Shown in pieces: positions 28,531 to 37,647 of a stretch of 64,000 nt of DNA. This stretch comes from Minisyncoccota bacterium. Its GTDB lineage: Bacteria > Patescibacteriota > Microgenomatia > PFEM01 > JAFGMK01. The stretch is from the NCBI GenBank assembly GCA_016927565.1, contig JAFGMK010000024.1:6105-70104 (forward strand), given 5' to 3'. The notes under the pieces are model-generated. The model saw only the letters and a program-made list of their open reading frames with translations, searched no databases and was not told the DNA's origin. The position numbers were made by a program, and so were the translations under genes. How positions within the stretch are numbered: the stretch's first letter is position 1; each line of letters starts with the position of its first letter.

Positions 28531-29705
28531 CTTTCCCCGATTGAAACTACTTCTGAAACAAATTCCAAAATTTCCCTTTTAAACCGTTCTTGGGAATATT
28601 TTTCTGCCTGTTGCCAGCAGTCTCTAAATTTAATTTTACGATATATCGAGATATCGAATTTTTTTAAAACCTTAATTAAACTATTGACAGTCAGTTCTTC
28701 AAAAAACAAGCCCGTCTTACCTTCAACTACTGTTTCCCTAACTCCACCGGAGCGGTAAGCAATCACCGGCCGGCCGGCCGCCATTGCCTCAACCGGAGTA
28801 ATCCCAAAATCCTCCTGATCAGCACAAAAAATATAAGCCCGGCAATTAGCATAAAGATCAGCCAATTCCCGATCGTTCACTTCGTCGACAAATTCGACTG
28901 TCGGCCCGGCCAGTTTTTTCAATTCTTCTCCATAACCGGCAAAGCTTGATCCAAAAACTTTCAAAGGCAAATTCAGTCGATTACATGCCCGCACTGCTAA
29001 ATCGATCCTTTTTGCCCGAGCCAACCGTCCTCCGGCTAAATAGTAAACCCCTTCCTTTTCGCCTCCCTGCTTCCTATTCTTAAATCTTTGAATATCCACC
29101 GGAGGATAAATCACTACCGAATCCCGGCGATAAAACTTTTTAATTCTCCCGGCCACTTCCCGGGAATTAGCTATAAAATGACTGACTTTTTGAGCTGATT
29201 CAAAGTCTGTCAATCTTAAAAAATGATTGATAAAATTCCCGGCCGATCTTCCCCACCAATGCTTCTGCCAATTACGGGCAGTCGGATATCCGTATAAATA
29301 CCGCGGCGGCGTATGGCAATAACAAAGATGAATTGCTTTTGAAGCGGTCTTAATGGTATTGGGAGTATAAGCTCCGGTTGCGGAAACGATTATCAGATCA
29401 AAACCGGATAAATTAAGCTTCCTCAAAGCCGTCGGCGCCAGCAATCGAAATGGACTAATCAGGAATTTTTTAAAAGGCACCTTTTGCAAAAAGGAAGTTC
29501 TGATTGGCCATTCTTTAACTTTTGTCTGATGAGGCCCGAAATTTCCGGGTAAAAAAAAACTGGTATAAATTGGTGCCCGGGGAAAGAGCTGGTGGAAGGC
29601 TTCTAAAACCCTTTCCGCCCCCCCATAACCAGCCAGATAATCATGCACCAGGGCAATTTTCAAACCGGAAAATTTTTTATTTTTTGGCTTTTGGTTTTTT
29701 TTCAT
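28527..29705 (-). CDS. glycosyltransferase family 4
   Basis: EDFGITPVEAMAAGRPVIA (EX7E region) and an N-terminal GGAERV-type motif. Confidence 0.8.
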   Translation of the reverse strand: MKKNQKPKNKKFSGLKIALVHDYLAGYGGAERVLEAFHQLFPRAPIYTSFFLPGNFGPHQTKVKEWPIRTSFLQKVPFKKFLISPFRLLAPTALRKLNLSGFDLIIVSATGAYTPNTIKTASKAIHLCYCHTPPRYLYGYPTARNWQKHWWGRSAGNFINHFLRLTDFESAQKVSHFIANSREVAGRIKKFYRRDSVVIYPPVDIQRFKNRKQGGEKEGVYYLAGGRLARAKRIDLAVRACNRLNLPLKVFGSSFAGYGEELKKLAGPTVEFVDEVNDRELADLYANCRAYIFCADQEDFGITPVEAMAAGRPVIAYRSGGVRETVVEGKTGLFFEELTVNSLIKVLKKFDISIYRKIKFRDCWQQAEKYSQERFKREILEFVSEVVSIGES

Positions 29706-30688
29706 ACCAGCTTCAACTGTCTTCGAATCTGTTCTTTTTCCCCCTCTCTTTCCGAATCCGGCAAGTCACCCGGCAGCTTGTTCATCAAACTCTTAAATCC
29801 CAGTTTCTTAAACAAAGTGAGGGCCTTTTCCCGGTCATAATCAGCCAAGCGGCATTTTTTTAAAATCAGTTTCACCGGCGCCTTAATCGTAATCCGAGCC
29901 AGCTTTTGCGAAAGCAGGGCTGACTCCTTCCCCTCCTTTAGTTTCCGCGCTACCGAAACTGGCAATTTATCCAAATTAAGGTATATATTTTCCAGCGACC
30001 CGAACGACTCAAGCAATCGAACGGCTGTTTTTGGGCCAATCCCGGGAACACCCGGATAATTATCTGAAGAATCACCCATCAAAGCTTTATAATCTACAAT
30101 CTGATCCGGCCAAACCCCAAGTGATTCTTTTACTCCTTCAGCATCAAATAACCGCGCCTCAGAAAACCCCTTGATTGGCGCGTAAACAAGGGTTGAATCG
30201 TTTATTAGTTGAAAAATGTCCCGATCGGCCGTCACAATAATCGTTTCTATTCTGGATTTCGCTCCAGAAGAGGACCTACGCCCACTTCCGGATTGTTTTG
30301 TCGTTTTGCGCTTAAGAACCCTGGCCTGAAAAGCCAAAGTTCCAATTATATCGTCAGCCTCGAACCCGTTTTTTTCAAAAACAGGAAGCGCCAAGGCCGA
30401 CAAAACCTCTCTGATTATTTCAATTTGGTCTTTTAAAGCCTCATCCATTTTCGGCCGCTGGATCTGGTAACCAATAAACTCCCGGTGCCTGAAAGTCGGC
30501 TCCGGCCGATCAAAAGTAACTGCTAAATAAAACGGACCAAGATCCTCAATTACCCGAAGAAGCATCCGGGTAAAACCATAGACAGCATTAACCAGCTGTC
30601 CATGGCGATTAGTAAGACTTTTCGGAAGCGCGTGATAAGCCCGATGAAGAATGGCATGGCCATCAATCAAAACCAGTCTTTTTTTCAT
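29702..30688 (-). CDS. 5'-3' exonuclease (FEN/Pol I N-terminal domain only)
   Basis: MKKRLVLIDGHAILHRAYHAL start, acidic metal-binding clusters, and a helix-hairpin-helix (GVPGIGPKTA). No polymerase domain follows. Confidence 0.85.
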   Translation of the reverse strand: MKKRLVLIDGHAILHRAYHALPKSLTNRHGQLVNAVYGFTRMLLRVIEDLGPFYLAVTFDRPEPTFRHREFIGYQIQRPKMDEALKDQIEIIREVLSALALPVFEKNGFEADDIIGTLAFQARVLKRKTTKQSGSGRRSSSGAKSRIETIIVTADRDIFQLINDSTLVYAPIKGFSEARLFDAEGVKESLGVWPDQIVDYKALMGDSSDNYPGVPGIGPKTAVRLLESFGSLENIYLNLDKLPVSVARKLKEGKESALLSQKLARITIKAPVKLILKKCRLADYDREKALTLFKKLGFKSLMNKLPGDLPDSEREGEKEQIRRQLKLV

Positions 30689-30707
30689 ATCTTCATTCTA
30701 ACACGCC

Positions 30708-31448
30708 TCAATCGTCTCCGGAACCTGAAGCGACCACTGTCTCGGCTCTTAAAAAGGCCTGCCAAAACTGAAAAGATTCTTGAGATGATAGCGACCGATG
30801 ATCAGTTATCCTTCTTAATCTTATCTCTGCAGCCAGCTTCTTTCTTTCTGACAAGGAAGCACCCCGAGTTTCTTCCTGCATCTTTCTTATCTCTGCGGAA
30901 GCTTCAGGAGGAGTAATCAGCCGATCCTTAGAATAAAACAGGCCTAACTGGCCATCACGAGTAAAATGAGCAGTAACAACTCCCCCGTCACCAAGATATC
31001 TTTCTACCACCAATTCTCCGTTGACATACACCGTTTTTTTCCCTTTTTCTTCTGAAAAAGGCGCCAGAACTGCCGCCAATAACGGATTACTGTTCCTTCT
31101 TTTTGACTCTCTTCTCAACTGACCCAATCTTTCAGGACTTTCAAAAACTTTAATCTGCCATTTTTCTCCCGCCAATTTTAAATTCACTTCCGATCTTAAA
31201 CAGCTCCGTCCCCGGCAACCGATTTTCGGATCAGCCGACAGGGCCGTTTCTATTTTTTTCCCCACCTCATCTGAAGGAAAGACAAATTCCGGGGCTAAAG
31301 CCAATCTCTCCCCAAAAACAATTGCCGGTTCAGAGAAGATTACTAAATAAATACCCCGATCTCTTGCCGCCACTTCTCCAATAAGCTGATCAGGACTTTC
31401 AGTCATTTTATTCCTCAATCGGATTTCTGCCCAATATAACAGACCCAA
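30708..31448 (-). CDS. hypothetical protein (246 aa)
   Basis: ORF only. A single HFTR (HxTx-like) motif. No confident family. Confidence 0.45.
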   Translation of the reverse strand: MGLLYWAEIRLRNKMTESPDQLIGEVAARDRGIYLVIFSEPAIVFGERLALAPEFVFPSDEVGKKIETALSADPKIGCRGRSCLRSEVNLKLAGEKWQIKVFESPERLGQLRRESKRRNSNPLLAAVLAPFSEEKGKKTVYVNGELVVERYLGDGGVVTAHFTRDGQLGLFYSKDRLITPPEASAEIRKMQEETRGASLSERKKLAAEIRLRRITDHRSLSSQESFQFWQAFLRAETVVASGSGDD

Positions 31449-31505
31449 AGAATGGAACCGTCATTAAAGTTTCACAAATACGACAAGTCTGTTTTACGAA
31501 CATTG

Positions 31506-32123
31506 TTACTTACTCTGGCCAATTACTACCCGAAGTCTCGAAGCCGGTATCTCTTCGGTATGATAATGCGACGGATTCGGCTGCCAGGTATTCCCCGTAA
31601 AATGCGGGAACCTGGGGTCAGTTTTATCAGGCTGGCGCCGGTAATCAACTCTTTTAGCGGCAATCGTCCGACTATAAGGACAAAGAATGAGTTTTACTAC
31701 CGGATCAGCTTCCTTCCCGATCTTTGAAACTTCAACCACCCTCTCCCTTCTTAAAGTATCTGGTTGGTCCAATTCCCCCAGGACTACCTCAACCTCTGTC
31801 GCCATCGCCTGAGCCGTCGGCTTGGCTGGTTTACCAAGACACCCCACCAATGCCATCTCAATCCGCCGATGATCCGAATCAACTGCATTTTTTAAATCTT
31901 CCGGCTGGCCCACCCTTATTACTCGTTCAACCTGATCTAACAAATAACCAGCCATCCCTTCCTCAACCGGTTCGGCCCGCATTCTATCTGCCAGCTCCTT
32001 ATCTTCAGGCCCGATCCGCCGCAAAAGTCTTTCATATTCGCGGCTAGATCTTTTTACTTGCATCCAGGGAAAAAAAACTCCAGTTCCTTTCAATCTATGA
32101 AAAGCTTCCCCGATTGCTTCCAT
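31506..32123 (-). CDS. hypothetical protein (205 aa)
   Basis: ORF only. Preferred over the overlapping 91-aa plus-strand ORF because of strand context and length. Confidence 0.45.
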   Translation of the reverse strand: MEAIGEAFHRLKGTGVFFPWMQVKRSSREYERLLRRIGPEDKELADRMRAEPVEEGMAGYLLDQVERVIRVGQPEDLKNAVDSDHRRIEMALVGCLGKPAKPTAQAMATEVEVVLGELDQPDTLRRERVVEVSKIGKEADPVVKLILCPYSRTIAAKRVDYRRQPDKTDPRFPHFTGNTWQPNPSHYHTEEIPASRLRVVIGQSK

Positions 32124-32133
32124 ATTGTCGAAA

Positions 32134-34080
32134 TTAGTTACTCTTCTTAATTTTAGCCTTTTCCGGCTTCATTATTTTCTCAAATTCTTCTTCCTCAAGC
32201 GTTTCTTTTTTCAGAAGCGCCTCAGCCACTTTATCCAGCTTTTCCCGATTCTGTTTAACAATCTCCAGAGCTTTTTGATAACAATCGCTGATAATTTTCC
32301 TGATCTCCTTATCAACCCCCGCCTGCATCTCAGACGAAAGATGAACCGGTTCAATCCAAGAACGGCCCCACTCGCTGATGTCAATCTGCGGTCCCAAATA
32401 AATCGGTCCCAGCGCGCTCATTCCCAAATTAACCACCATTTGCCGAGCTATGCTGGTAGCTTTATCAATATCCGAGGCCCCTCCGGCTGTAAATTCTTTA
32501 AAAACCACTTCCTCTGCCGCCCGGCCACCCAACAAAGAAGCCACTGTTTCTAAAAGATGAGACTGGGTTTCGTTGTAGCGATCTTTTTTCGGCGGAATCA
32601 TCGTAAAACCCATTGCAATTCCCCGCGAAACGATACTGATCCGATGAACCGGGTCCATATGCGGCAAATTGTAAGTCACCACTGCGTGACCACCCTCATG
32701 ATAAGCCGTCATCTTCCGATCATCCTCCGATTGCAATCTTTTTTTCTCCGGTCCTAACTTGACCTTCAATGCCGCCTCTTCGATATCCTTCATCTCAATC
32801 GCCTTGCGGGCTTCTCTGGCAGCGGAAATAGCCGCTTCATTAAGCATGTTCTCCAAATCAGCCCCGGAAAAACCGACTGTCCTTTTAGCCACTCTTTCCC
32901 AATCCAATCCCTGGACAAAAGGTTTGCCCCGGGCATGAATTCCCAAAATCGCCTGCCGATCTTCAATATCCGGCATATCTAAAACCACCCGGCGGTCAAA
33001 TCGCCCCGGCCGCAAGAGAGCCGGATCAAGCAAATCGCCCCGATTAGTCGCCGCCAAGACAATCACATTGTCATTCGGATTAAAACCGTCCATCTCTACC
33101 AGAATCTGATTTAGGGTTTGTTCCCGCTCATCATGGCCGCCGGCAAAACCGGTTCCCCGTTGGCGACCAATAGCGTCAATTTCATCAATGAAAATAATTG
33201 CAGGAGAAGCCTTTTTTGCATTATTGAACAAATCTCTTACTCGGCTAGCTCCCACCCCAACCAACATCTCCATAAATTCCGAACCTGCCATGGAGAAAAA
33301 AGGCACTCCGGCTTCCCCTGCCACTGCTTTTGCCAATAAAGTCTTACCAGTCCCGCTTGGGCCGACCAAAATTACCCCTTTGGGGGTTCTGGCTCCCAAA
33401 GCTCGATATTTACCCGGCCGCTTCAAAAAATCAACAACTTCTTCAAGTTCTTTTTTAGCTTCTTCGACTCCGGCCACATCTTTAAAAGAAACCGATTGCT
33501 TGCCTTTGGCAAAAAGTTTGGCTTTAGAACGGCCAAAGGAAAAGATGCCCTCCTGGGCTCCCCGAGCTTGTCTGAAAAGCCAGAGAAAAAAAACTGCCAT
33601 CAAGGCCAAAGGCAAAAAGGTACCCAGAATTTCAAGCCAAATCTTGGAAAGTGAAGTATCTTTAATTACCACTCCGACCGCATCAGGATCGATGCCAGCA
33701 TCACGGAATAATTCAGTCAAAGATTGACCCGGTTCTTTCCGGGAAAAAGCAATTTTTTTCTCCCCGTAATCCACTAATAAACGGTCATCCTCAACCGCCA
33801 CCTCTTTTACTTTCTCTGATTTAATATCCGTAATTAACTGCGAAAGGGAAATCTCATCTTCAACCGGCACTGAGGCAAAAGAAAAGAGAAAAGAGGCTCC
33901 GGTGAAAATGATAAAAAGCCAAAGGAAAATCTTTTTCAGGTTTAGCCGGATCTTTACTTCCAGCTGCTTCGGTTTTTTCCTGTTAGCTAAGTTTTTTTTT
34001 GGTTGTTTCACTTTTGGTGCCTCTTTCAACTGGGGTAAAAAAAGCGTTTTTTGATTTTTCATATGGGAGAATTCTAGCAC
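32134..34080 (-). CDS. ftsH: ATP-dependent zinc metalloprotease FtsH
   Basis: N-terminal TM pair, AAA Walker A GPSGTGKT, Walker [13 protein letters not shown] region, and the M41 HEGGHA zinc site. Confidence 0.95.
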   Translation of the reverse strand: MLEFSHMKNQKTLFLPQLKEAPKVKQPKKNLANRKKPKQLEVKIRLNLKKIFLWLFIIFTGASFLFSFASVPVEDEISLSQLITDIKSEKVKEVAVEDDRLLVDYGEKKIAFSRKEPGQSLTELFRDAGIDPDAVGVVIKDTSLSKIWLEILGTFLPLALMAVFFLWLFRQARGAQEGIFSFGRSKAKLFAKGKQSVSFKDVAGVEEAKKELEEVVDFLKRPGKYRALGARTPKGVILVGPSGTGKTLLAKAVAGEAGVPFFSMAGSEFMEMLVGVGASRVRDLFNNAKKASPAIIFIDEIDAIGRQRGTGFAGGHDEREQTLNQILVEMDGFNPNDNVIVLAATNRGDLLDPALLRPGRFDRRVVLDMPDIEDRQAILGIHARGKPFVQGLDWERVAKRTVGFSGADLENMLNEAAISAAREARKAIEMKDIEEAALKVKLGPEKKRLQSEDDRKMTAYHEGGHAVVTYNLPHMDPVHRISIVSRGIAMGFTMIPPKKDRYNETQSHLLETVASLLGGRAAEEVVFKEFTAGGASDIDKATSIARQMVVNLGMSALGPIYLGPQIDISEWGRSWIEPVHLSSEMQAGVDKEIRKIISDCYQKALEIVKQNREKLDKVAEALLKKETLEEEEFEKIMKPEKAKIKKSN

Positions 34081-34103
34081 AGATATTAGCTAAACTAAAG
34101 CAG

Positions 34104-35132
34104 TTAAGCCAATCCCATTGCTTTTTTAACCTCTTTTAAGGTTTTCTGTGCCTCGGCCTGAGCAGTTTGGCTGCCTTTTTTAATAATTTCCTCGATTGCC
34201 TCCGGTTGAGATTCGTATTTCCTTCTTCTGGCCCGAATAGGGTCTAAGAACAAGTTCAAGGCCTTGACTAATTTTTCCTTTACCTCAACATCGCCGACCT
34301 GACCTTTCTGATACCTCTGTTTAAGCCTTTCAACTTCTTCCTGATTGTTGTTAAAGGCCTCGTGATAAACAAAAACCGGATTTCCCTCAACGTGGCCCGG
34401 ATCAGTTGGATGAACACGAGTCGGATCAGTGTACATTGCCATTACTTTCCGCCTGACCTCATTAGCATTATCGGAAAGATAAATGCAGTTTCCTACTGAT
34501 TTGCTCATTTTGGTTTGACCGTCAGTCCCCGGTAAAGTCGGCACCTCTCCAATCAAGGCTTCAGGAAAGGGAAAAATTTCACCGTAAAGCAAATTAAAAC
34601 GCTTGGCAATTACCCGCGTAAGTTCAATGTGACTTTCCTGATCTTTGCCCACAGGAACCAAATTTCCCTTAACCATTAAAATATCAGCTGCTTGCAAAAC
34701 CGGATAAGTTAAGAGGCCGAGGGACGGACTCTGAATCTTTAGATCATGCATTACCTCTTTTAAAGTCGGCACCCGCTGACAGCGAGGTACTGAAACCAGC
34801 ATCGAAAATAAAAGTGCCAGATAAGCTACTTCCGGTACGAGTGACTGCTGGTAAATAACCGCCTTTCCGGGATCAATGCCGACCGAAAGATAATCTAAAA
34901 CCAAATCGTGAATATTTTGCTTAACCTTGGCGATTTTCTCCTTCTCAATTCGAGTTGTAAGAACATGAAGATCGGCAATAATAAAAAAGCATTCATATCG
35001 ATCTTGAAGCCTAACCCGATTAGCCAGAGTGCCGACATAATGGCCCAAATGAAGTTTCCCGGTTGGCCGGTCGCCGGTAAGAATTCTTTTTTTAGCTTTC
35101 ATCTTTTCTCCTTTTCTTTTCAATTCTAACAT
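34104..35132 (-). CDS. trpS: tryptophanyl-tRNA synthetase
   Basis: TGDRPTGKLHLGHYVG (HIGH-type motif) and KMSKS. The start is probably the internal Met (MKAKKRIL) near 35102. Confidence 0.9.
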   Translation of the reverse strand: MLELKRKGEKMKAKKRILTGDRPTGKLHLGHYVGTLANRVRLQDRYECFFIIADLHVLTTRIEKEKIAKVKQNIHDLVLDYLSVGIDPGKAVIYQQSLVPEVAYLALLFSMLVSVPRCQRVPTLKEVMHDLKIQSPSLGLLTYPVLQAADILMVKGNLVPVGKDQESHIELTRVIAKRFNLLYGEIFPFPEALIGEVPTLPGTDGQTKMSKSVGNCIYLSDNANEVRRKVMAMYTDPTRVHPTDPGHVEGNPVFVYHEAFNNNQEEVERLKQRYQKGQVGDVEVKEKLVKALNLFLDPIRARRRKYESQPEAIEEIIKKGSQTAQAEAQKTLKEVKKAMGLA

Positions 35133-35147
35133 GTTTATTCGCTGATT

Positions 35148-36053
35148 TTAGCCGCCAATCCTGACTCCCAGGCATTGTTCGCATCCGACTCTGAATTGGT
35201 CATAAATCATTCCCAAACCAGACAGAGAAAGGATTTCCTGTTGACGAGCAGTTAATTGGGGCCGCCTCATCTCAGACACATAACCGCGCCCCTTCTTCAC
35301 TCCCTGAATGAATCGATCCGGCGGATTATCAAAAAAAACAACATTTGATCCCGATTCCCCAAAAACAGGCCCCTGACTCCAATCAGTCAAACCAGGATGA
35401 TAAACCAGTTCTTCGCTCCCAATTGCAGCAAACAAACGGGCTATTACCTCTCCAGGATCATTATACCTGATTGTTTCTGGAACATAGGGAATTACCGGAA
35501 TGCCTTTCTGATCCGCCCGCCTTTTAATCGCCACTGTTTGATAATAAGCCTGAATTAATCTTTCTTCCGAAACGGAGCCCCACAAACGCTGCCAAGAATC
35601 AAGCGTTTCCTCCGGCCGCCGCAAAATTGTCACCACTTGCAGCTTGTCTTTTGGATACCCCCGCCTTAATAAAAGATCAACCGGATCAAAATATTCAATG
35701 TCAGTTTCAACTCCCAAAGTCTCCTTAGAAAAAGCCAGTGAATTTTCTTTAATGACCCACTTTACCCGGCCGCCCTCCAGAGACGCCCGGCCCATTGACT
35801 TAAATGGCTGCATATAGGAAAAATGGCCCGTCAGCGCCAAAACATTACTCAGGGCTGTTGTTCCACTTCGGCAAGGGCCCACCACCACCACCAGCAAAGG
35901 CACCTCTCCATCAGGAAGAAAAACATTTTCTAAAAGAGGTTCGTAATTTGTTAAATAGTCATTCGAACAACAACCCTTCAGAATTGAAGCCAGACCAAAC
36001 TTCACTCTGATCCCCGTTTGGTTCAGAGCCTCCAACAACTTCCGATCTTTCAA
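35148..36053 (-). CDS. sulfotransferase-family-like protein
   Basis: LLVVVVGPCRSGTTAL resembles the 5'-PSB P-loop (PKSGTTW) of PAPS sulfotransferases. The rest is unassigned. Confidence 0.45.
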   Translation of the reverse strand: MKDRKLLEALNQTGIRVKFGLASILKGCCSNDYLTNYEPLLENVFLPDGEVPLLVVVVGPCRSGTTALSNVLALTGHFSYMQPFKSMGRASLEGGRVKWVIKENSLAFSKETLGVETDIEYFDPVDLLLRRGYPKDKLQVVTILRRPEETLDSWQRLWGSVSEERLIQAYYQTVAIKRRADQKGIPVIPYVPETIRYNDPGEVIARLFAAIGSEELVYHPGLTDWSQGPVFGESGSNVVFFDNPPDRFIQGVKKGRGYVSEMRRPQLTARQQEILSLSGLGMIYDQFRVGCEQCLGVRIGG

Positions 36054-36095
36054 CTTCTCGTCTTTCTCTTCCGGTCATATTTTCTTCCTTCTTTT

Positions 36096-36121
36096 ATTTC
36101 GATATATCAATATATCGAAAT
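36096..36121. promoter_or_regulatory. perfect 26-bp palindrome (12-bp arms, 2-bp spacer): candidate operator in a divergent promoter region
   Basis: ATTTCGATATAT-CA-ATATATCGAAAT. It lies between the sulfotransferase-like gene (start 36053, minus) and the nitroreductase gene (start 36411, plus). Confidence 0.5.
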
Positions 36122-36211
36122 CCTAGTGGAAACTATTCACTCACGCACACATTGCGATTCCCCCGCGGGTCCAGCGATATCTGATCTTTCTCCGGCGCCG
36201 TCAGCTTGAAA

Positions 36212-36268
36212 AAAGCCCGCTGCCACTAAAAAACCCGCTGTCAGCGGGTTTCTAGTTTCTTTTTATTC
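36212..36268 (+). terminator. GC-rich hairpin followed by a T-tract (intrinsic-terminator-like) with an alternative upstream pairing partner
   Basis: AACCCGCTG-T-CAGCGGGTT followed by TCTAGTTTCTTTTTATT. An upstream AGCCCGCTGCC could pair with the same 3' arm instead. Confidence 0.45.
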
Positions 36269-36410
36269 AAATTTTATCCATGACCAAACCGCCGACAGCT
36301 TATCTGGTATCGGCGGACCACCAAGCAGAATCTTGCTTAAAGTGAGTCATAATGAACTTATCTTAGCAAATTCTTTGAAAAAGTCAATCCTATTGGCTAT
36401 GATATGATTA

Positions 36411-37139
36411 ATGAAGAAGCTAATTTTAATCTTTCTTGTCATGGGCTTAGCTTCAATTTTGATTAGTTTTTTAAGCTTGCTGCCATTTCCCCGGAAGAGA
36501 ACCATGGTTCCGATTCGCCAAAATCCTAAAGGGCAAACAATTAGCCTCCCTCTCCCCCAACTTGATAGCAGCGTCAGTTTAGAAGAAGCAATCTCTAAAA
36601 GAAGGTCAAAAAGAAACTTCAAAAACGACCGCCTGACTCTTCAACAAGTTAGCCAAATTCTCTGGGCAGCCCAGGGAATAACGGACCAGAAAAATAACCT
36701 TCGCACCGCTCCCTCAGCCGGCGCCCTCTATCCTCTTGATCTTTACCTTGTTGTCGGTGAAGAAAAAGTCACCGGACTAACCGCCGGTGTTTACCACTAT
36801 CTCTCTCAAATACACGAGCTAGAAAGAATCCTTGAAAAAGATCTCCGGGATTCACTCATGAAGGCTTCTTTATTTCAAGTTTATGTTAAAAAAGCCCCGA
36901 TCATTCTAATAATCACCGTTGAATACGAAAGAACCACTCAAAAATACGGCAAACGCGGGGTTCAATATGCCCATATGGAAGCCGGCCACGTCGGCCAAAA
37001 TGTCGCTCTCCAGGTCACCAGTTTAGACCTGGGAACGGTGACGGTCGGCGCTTTCGAGCCGGAAAAAATCAAAAAAATTCTCAACCTACCGACCAACTAC
37101 CAACCTCTCTATGTCATGCCCATCGGCCAAACAGAATAG
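36411..37139 (+). CDS. nitroreductase-family (SagB-type) oxidoreductase with N-terminal signal/TM
   Basis: RRSKRNFKNDRLTLQQVSQILWAAQG and a later YAHMEAGHVGQN motif are typical of the nitroreductase/SagB fold. Confidence 0.7.
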   Translation: MKKLILIFLVMGLASILISFLSLLPFPRKRTMVPIRQNPKGQTISLPLPQLDSSVSLEEAISKRRSKRNFKNDRLTLQQVSQILWAAQGITDQKNNLRTAPSAGALYPLDLYLVVGEEKVTGLTAGVYHYLSQIHELERILEKDLRDSLMKASLFQVYVKKAPIILIITVEYERTTQKYGKRGVQYAHMEAGHVGQNVALQVTSLDLGTVTVGAFEPEKIKKILNLPTNYQPLYVMPIGQTE

Positions 37140-37165
37140 AAAAGCCTCCTAAAAAGATTGTTACG

Positions 37166-37232
37166 AAAACAAAGATAACGATCGCGGCGGCGGAATCGGG
37201 GAAACTCCGGAATGTCAAAGAAATTGGGTAAA
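37166..37232. repeat. GATCCCGGATC-family element, internally deleted copy D
   Basis: aaaacaaagataacgatcgcggcggcggaatcggggaaactccggaatgtcaaagaaa. It shares both flanks (aaaacaaagataacgatc / ctccgga.tgt.aaagaaa) with copy A. Confidence 0.6.
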
Positions 37233-37289
37233 TTACCATGAAACTCATAATTGATTAAGCTCAAAATGTTTGCTAGAATAACCTTAACT

Positions 37290-37362
37290 TGCGGGGTAGT
37301 GTACGGCGGCACGTGAGGCTCATAATCTCACAGACCGGGTTCAACTCCCGGCCCCGCAACCA
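37290..37362 (+). tRNA. tRNA with anticodon CAT (Met or Ile-lysidine type); CCA encoded
   Basis: Hand-folded. Acceptor stem TGCGGGG/CCCCGCA, U8, D-stem GTGT/GCAC, anticodon stem TGAGG/TCTCA with loop CTCATAA, T-stem CCGGG/CCCGG with loop TTCAACT, discriminator A, then CCA. It lacks the three G-C pairs of an initiator. Confidence 0.65.
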
Positions 37363-37405
37363 AACAAAGAGAGCCTCTCCGGCTCTTTTTTGTTTGGTTT
37401 GTGTG
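37363..37405 (+). terminator. intrinsic terminator after the tRNA
   Basis: AACCAAACAAAGAGAGCC-TCTCC-GGCTCTTTTTTGTTTGGTTTG: a long hairpin followed by a T-run. Confidence 0.6.
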
Positions 37406-37430
37406 ATCTTGTGAACCGGCAAAACAAAGA

Positions 37431-37509
37431 TAACGATCCCGGATCATCTGCAGATTTCTTTTCCGGGATCGGGAAAGCTCCGGATTGTTAAAGAAAGTAA
37501 ATCGTTGCC
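37431..37509. repeat. GATCCCGGATC-family hairpin element, full copy A
   Basis: aaagataaCGATCCCGGAtcatctgcagatttcttTCCGGGATCGggaaagctccggattgttaaagaaag. A 10-bp perfect stem, a 17-nt loop, and a trailing CCGGATT. Confidence 0.7.
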
Positions 37510-37563
37510 AATAGCAGTTTTTTCTTGTTCAAACCACTTTTGCCTGATATAATTTCTTCACCG

Positions 37564-37635
37564 GCTAGGGTAGCTCAGGGGTAGAGCAATCGTTTCATAA
37601 GCGATGGGTCGCCGGTTCAAATCCGGCCCCTAGCA
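37564..37635 (+). tRNA. tRNA with anticodon CAT (Met/Ile2 type); no encoded CCA
   Basis: GCTAGGG-TA-GCTC-AGGGGTA-GAGC-A-ATCGT-TTCATAA-GCGAT-GGGTC-GCCGG-TTCAAAT-CCGGC-CCCTAGC-A. A canonical 72-nt cloverleaf. G1-C72 paired and no GGG/CCC in the anticodon stem, so an elongator type. Confidence 0.8.
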
Positions 37636-37647
37636 CAATAATTACTT

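Noticed and set aside
36347-36622. A 91-aa minus-strand ORF overlapping the nitroreductase gene start.
   Set aside because: It overlaps the start of a motif-supported plus-strand gene and the terminator-like hairpin region, and its translation has no recognisable features. It is more likely non-coding.
37290-37635. Either CAT-anticodon tRNA considered as the initiator tRNA-fMet.
   Set aside because: Both lack the three consecutive G-C pairs at the bottom of the anticodon stem. Neither has the C1xA72 mismatch: one has T1:A72 and the other G1:C72.
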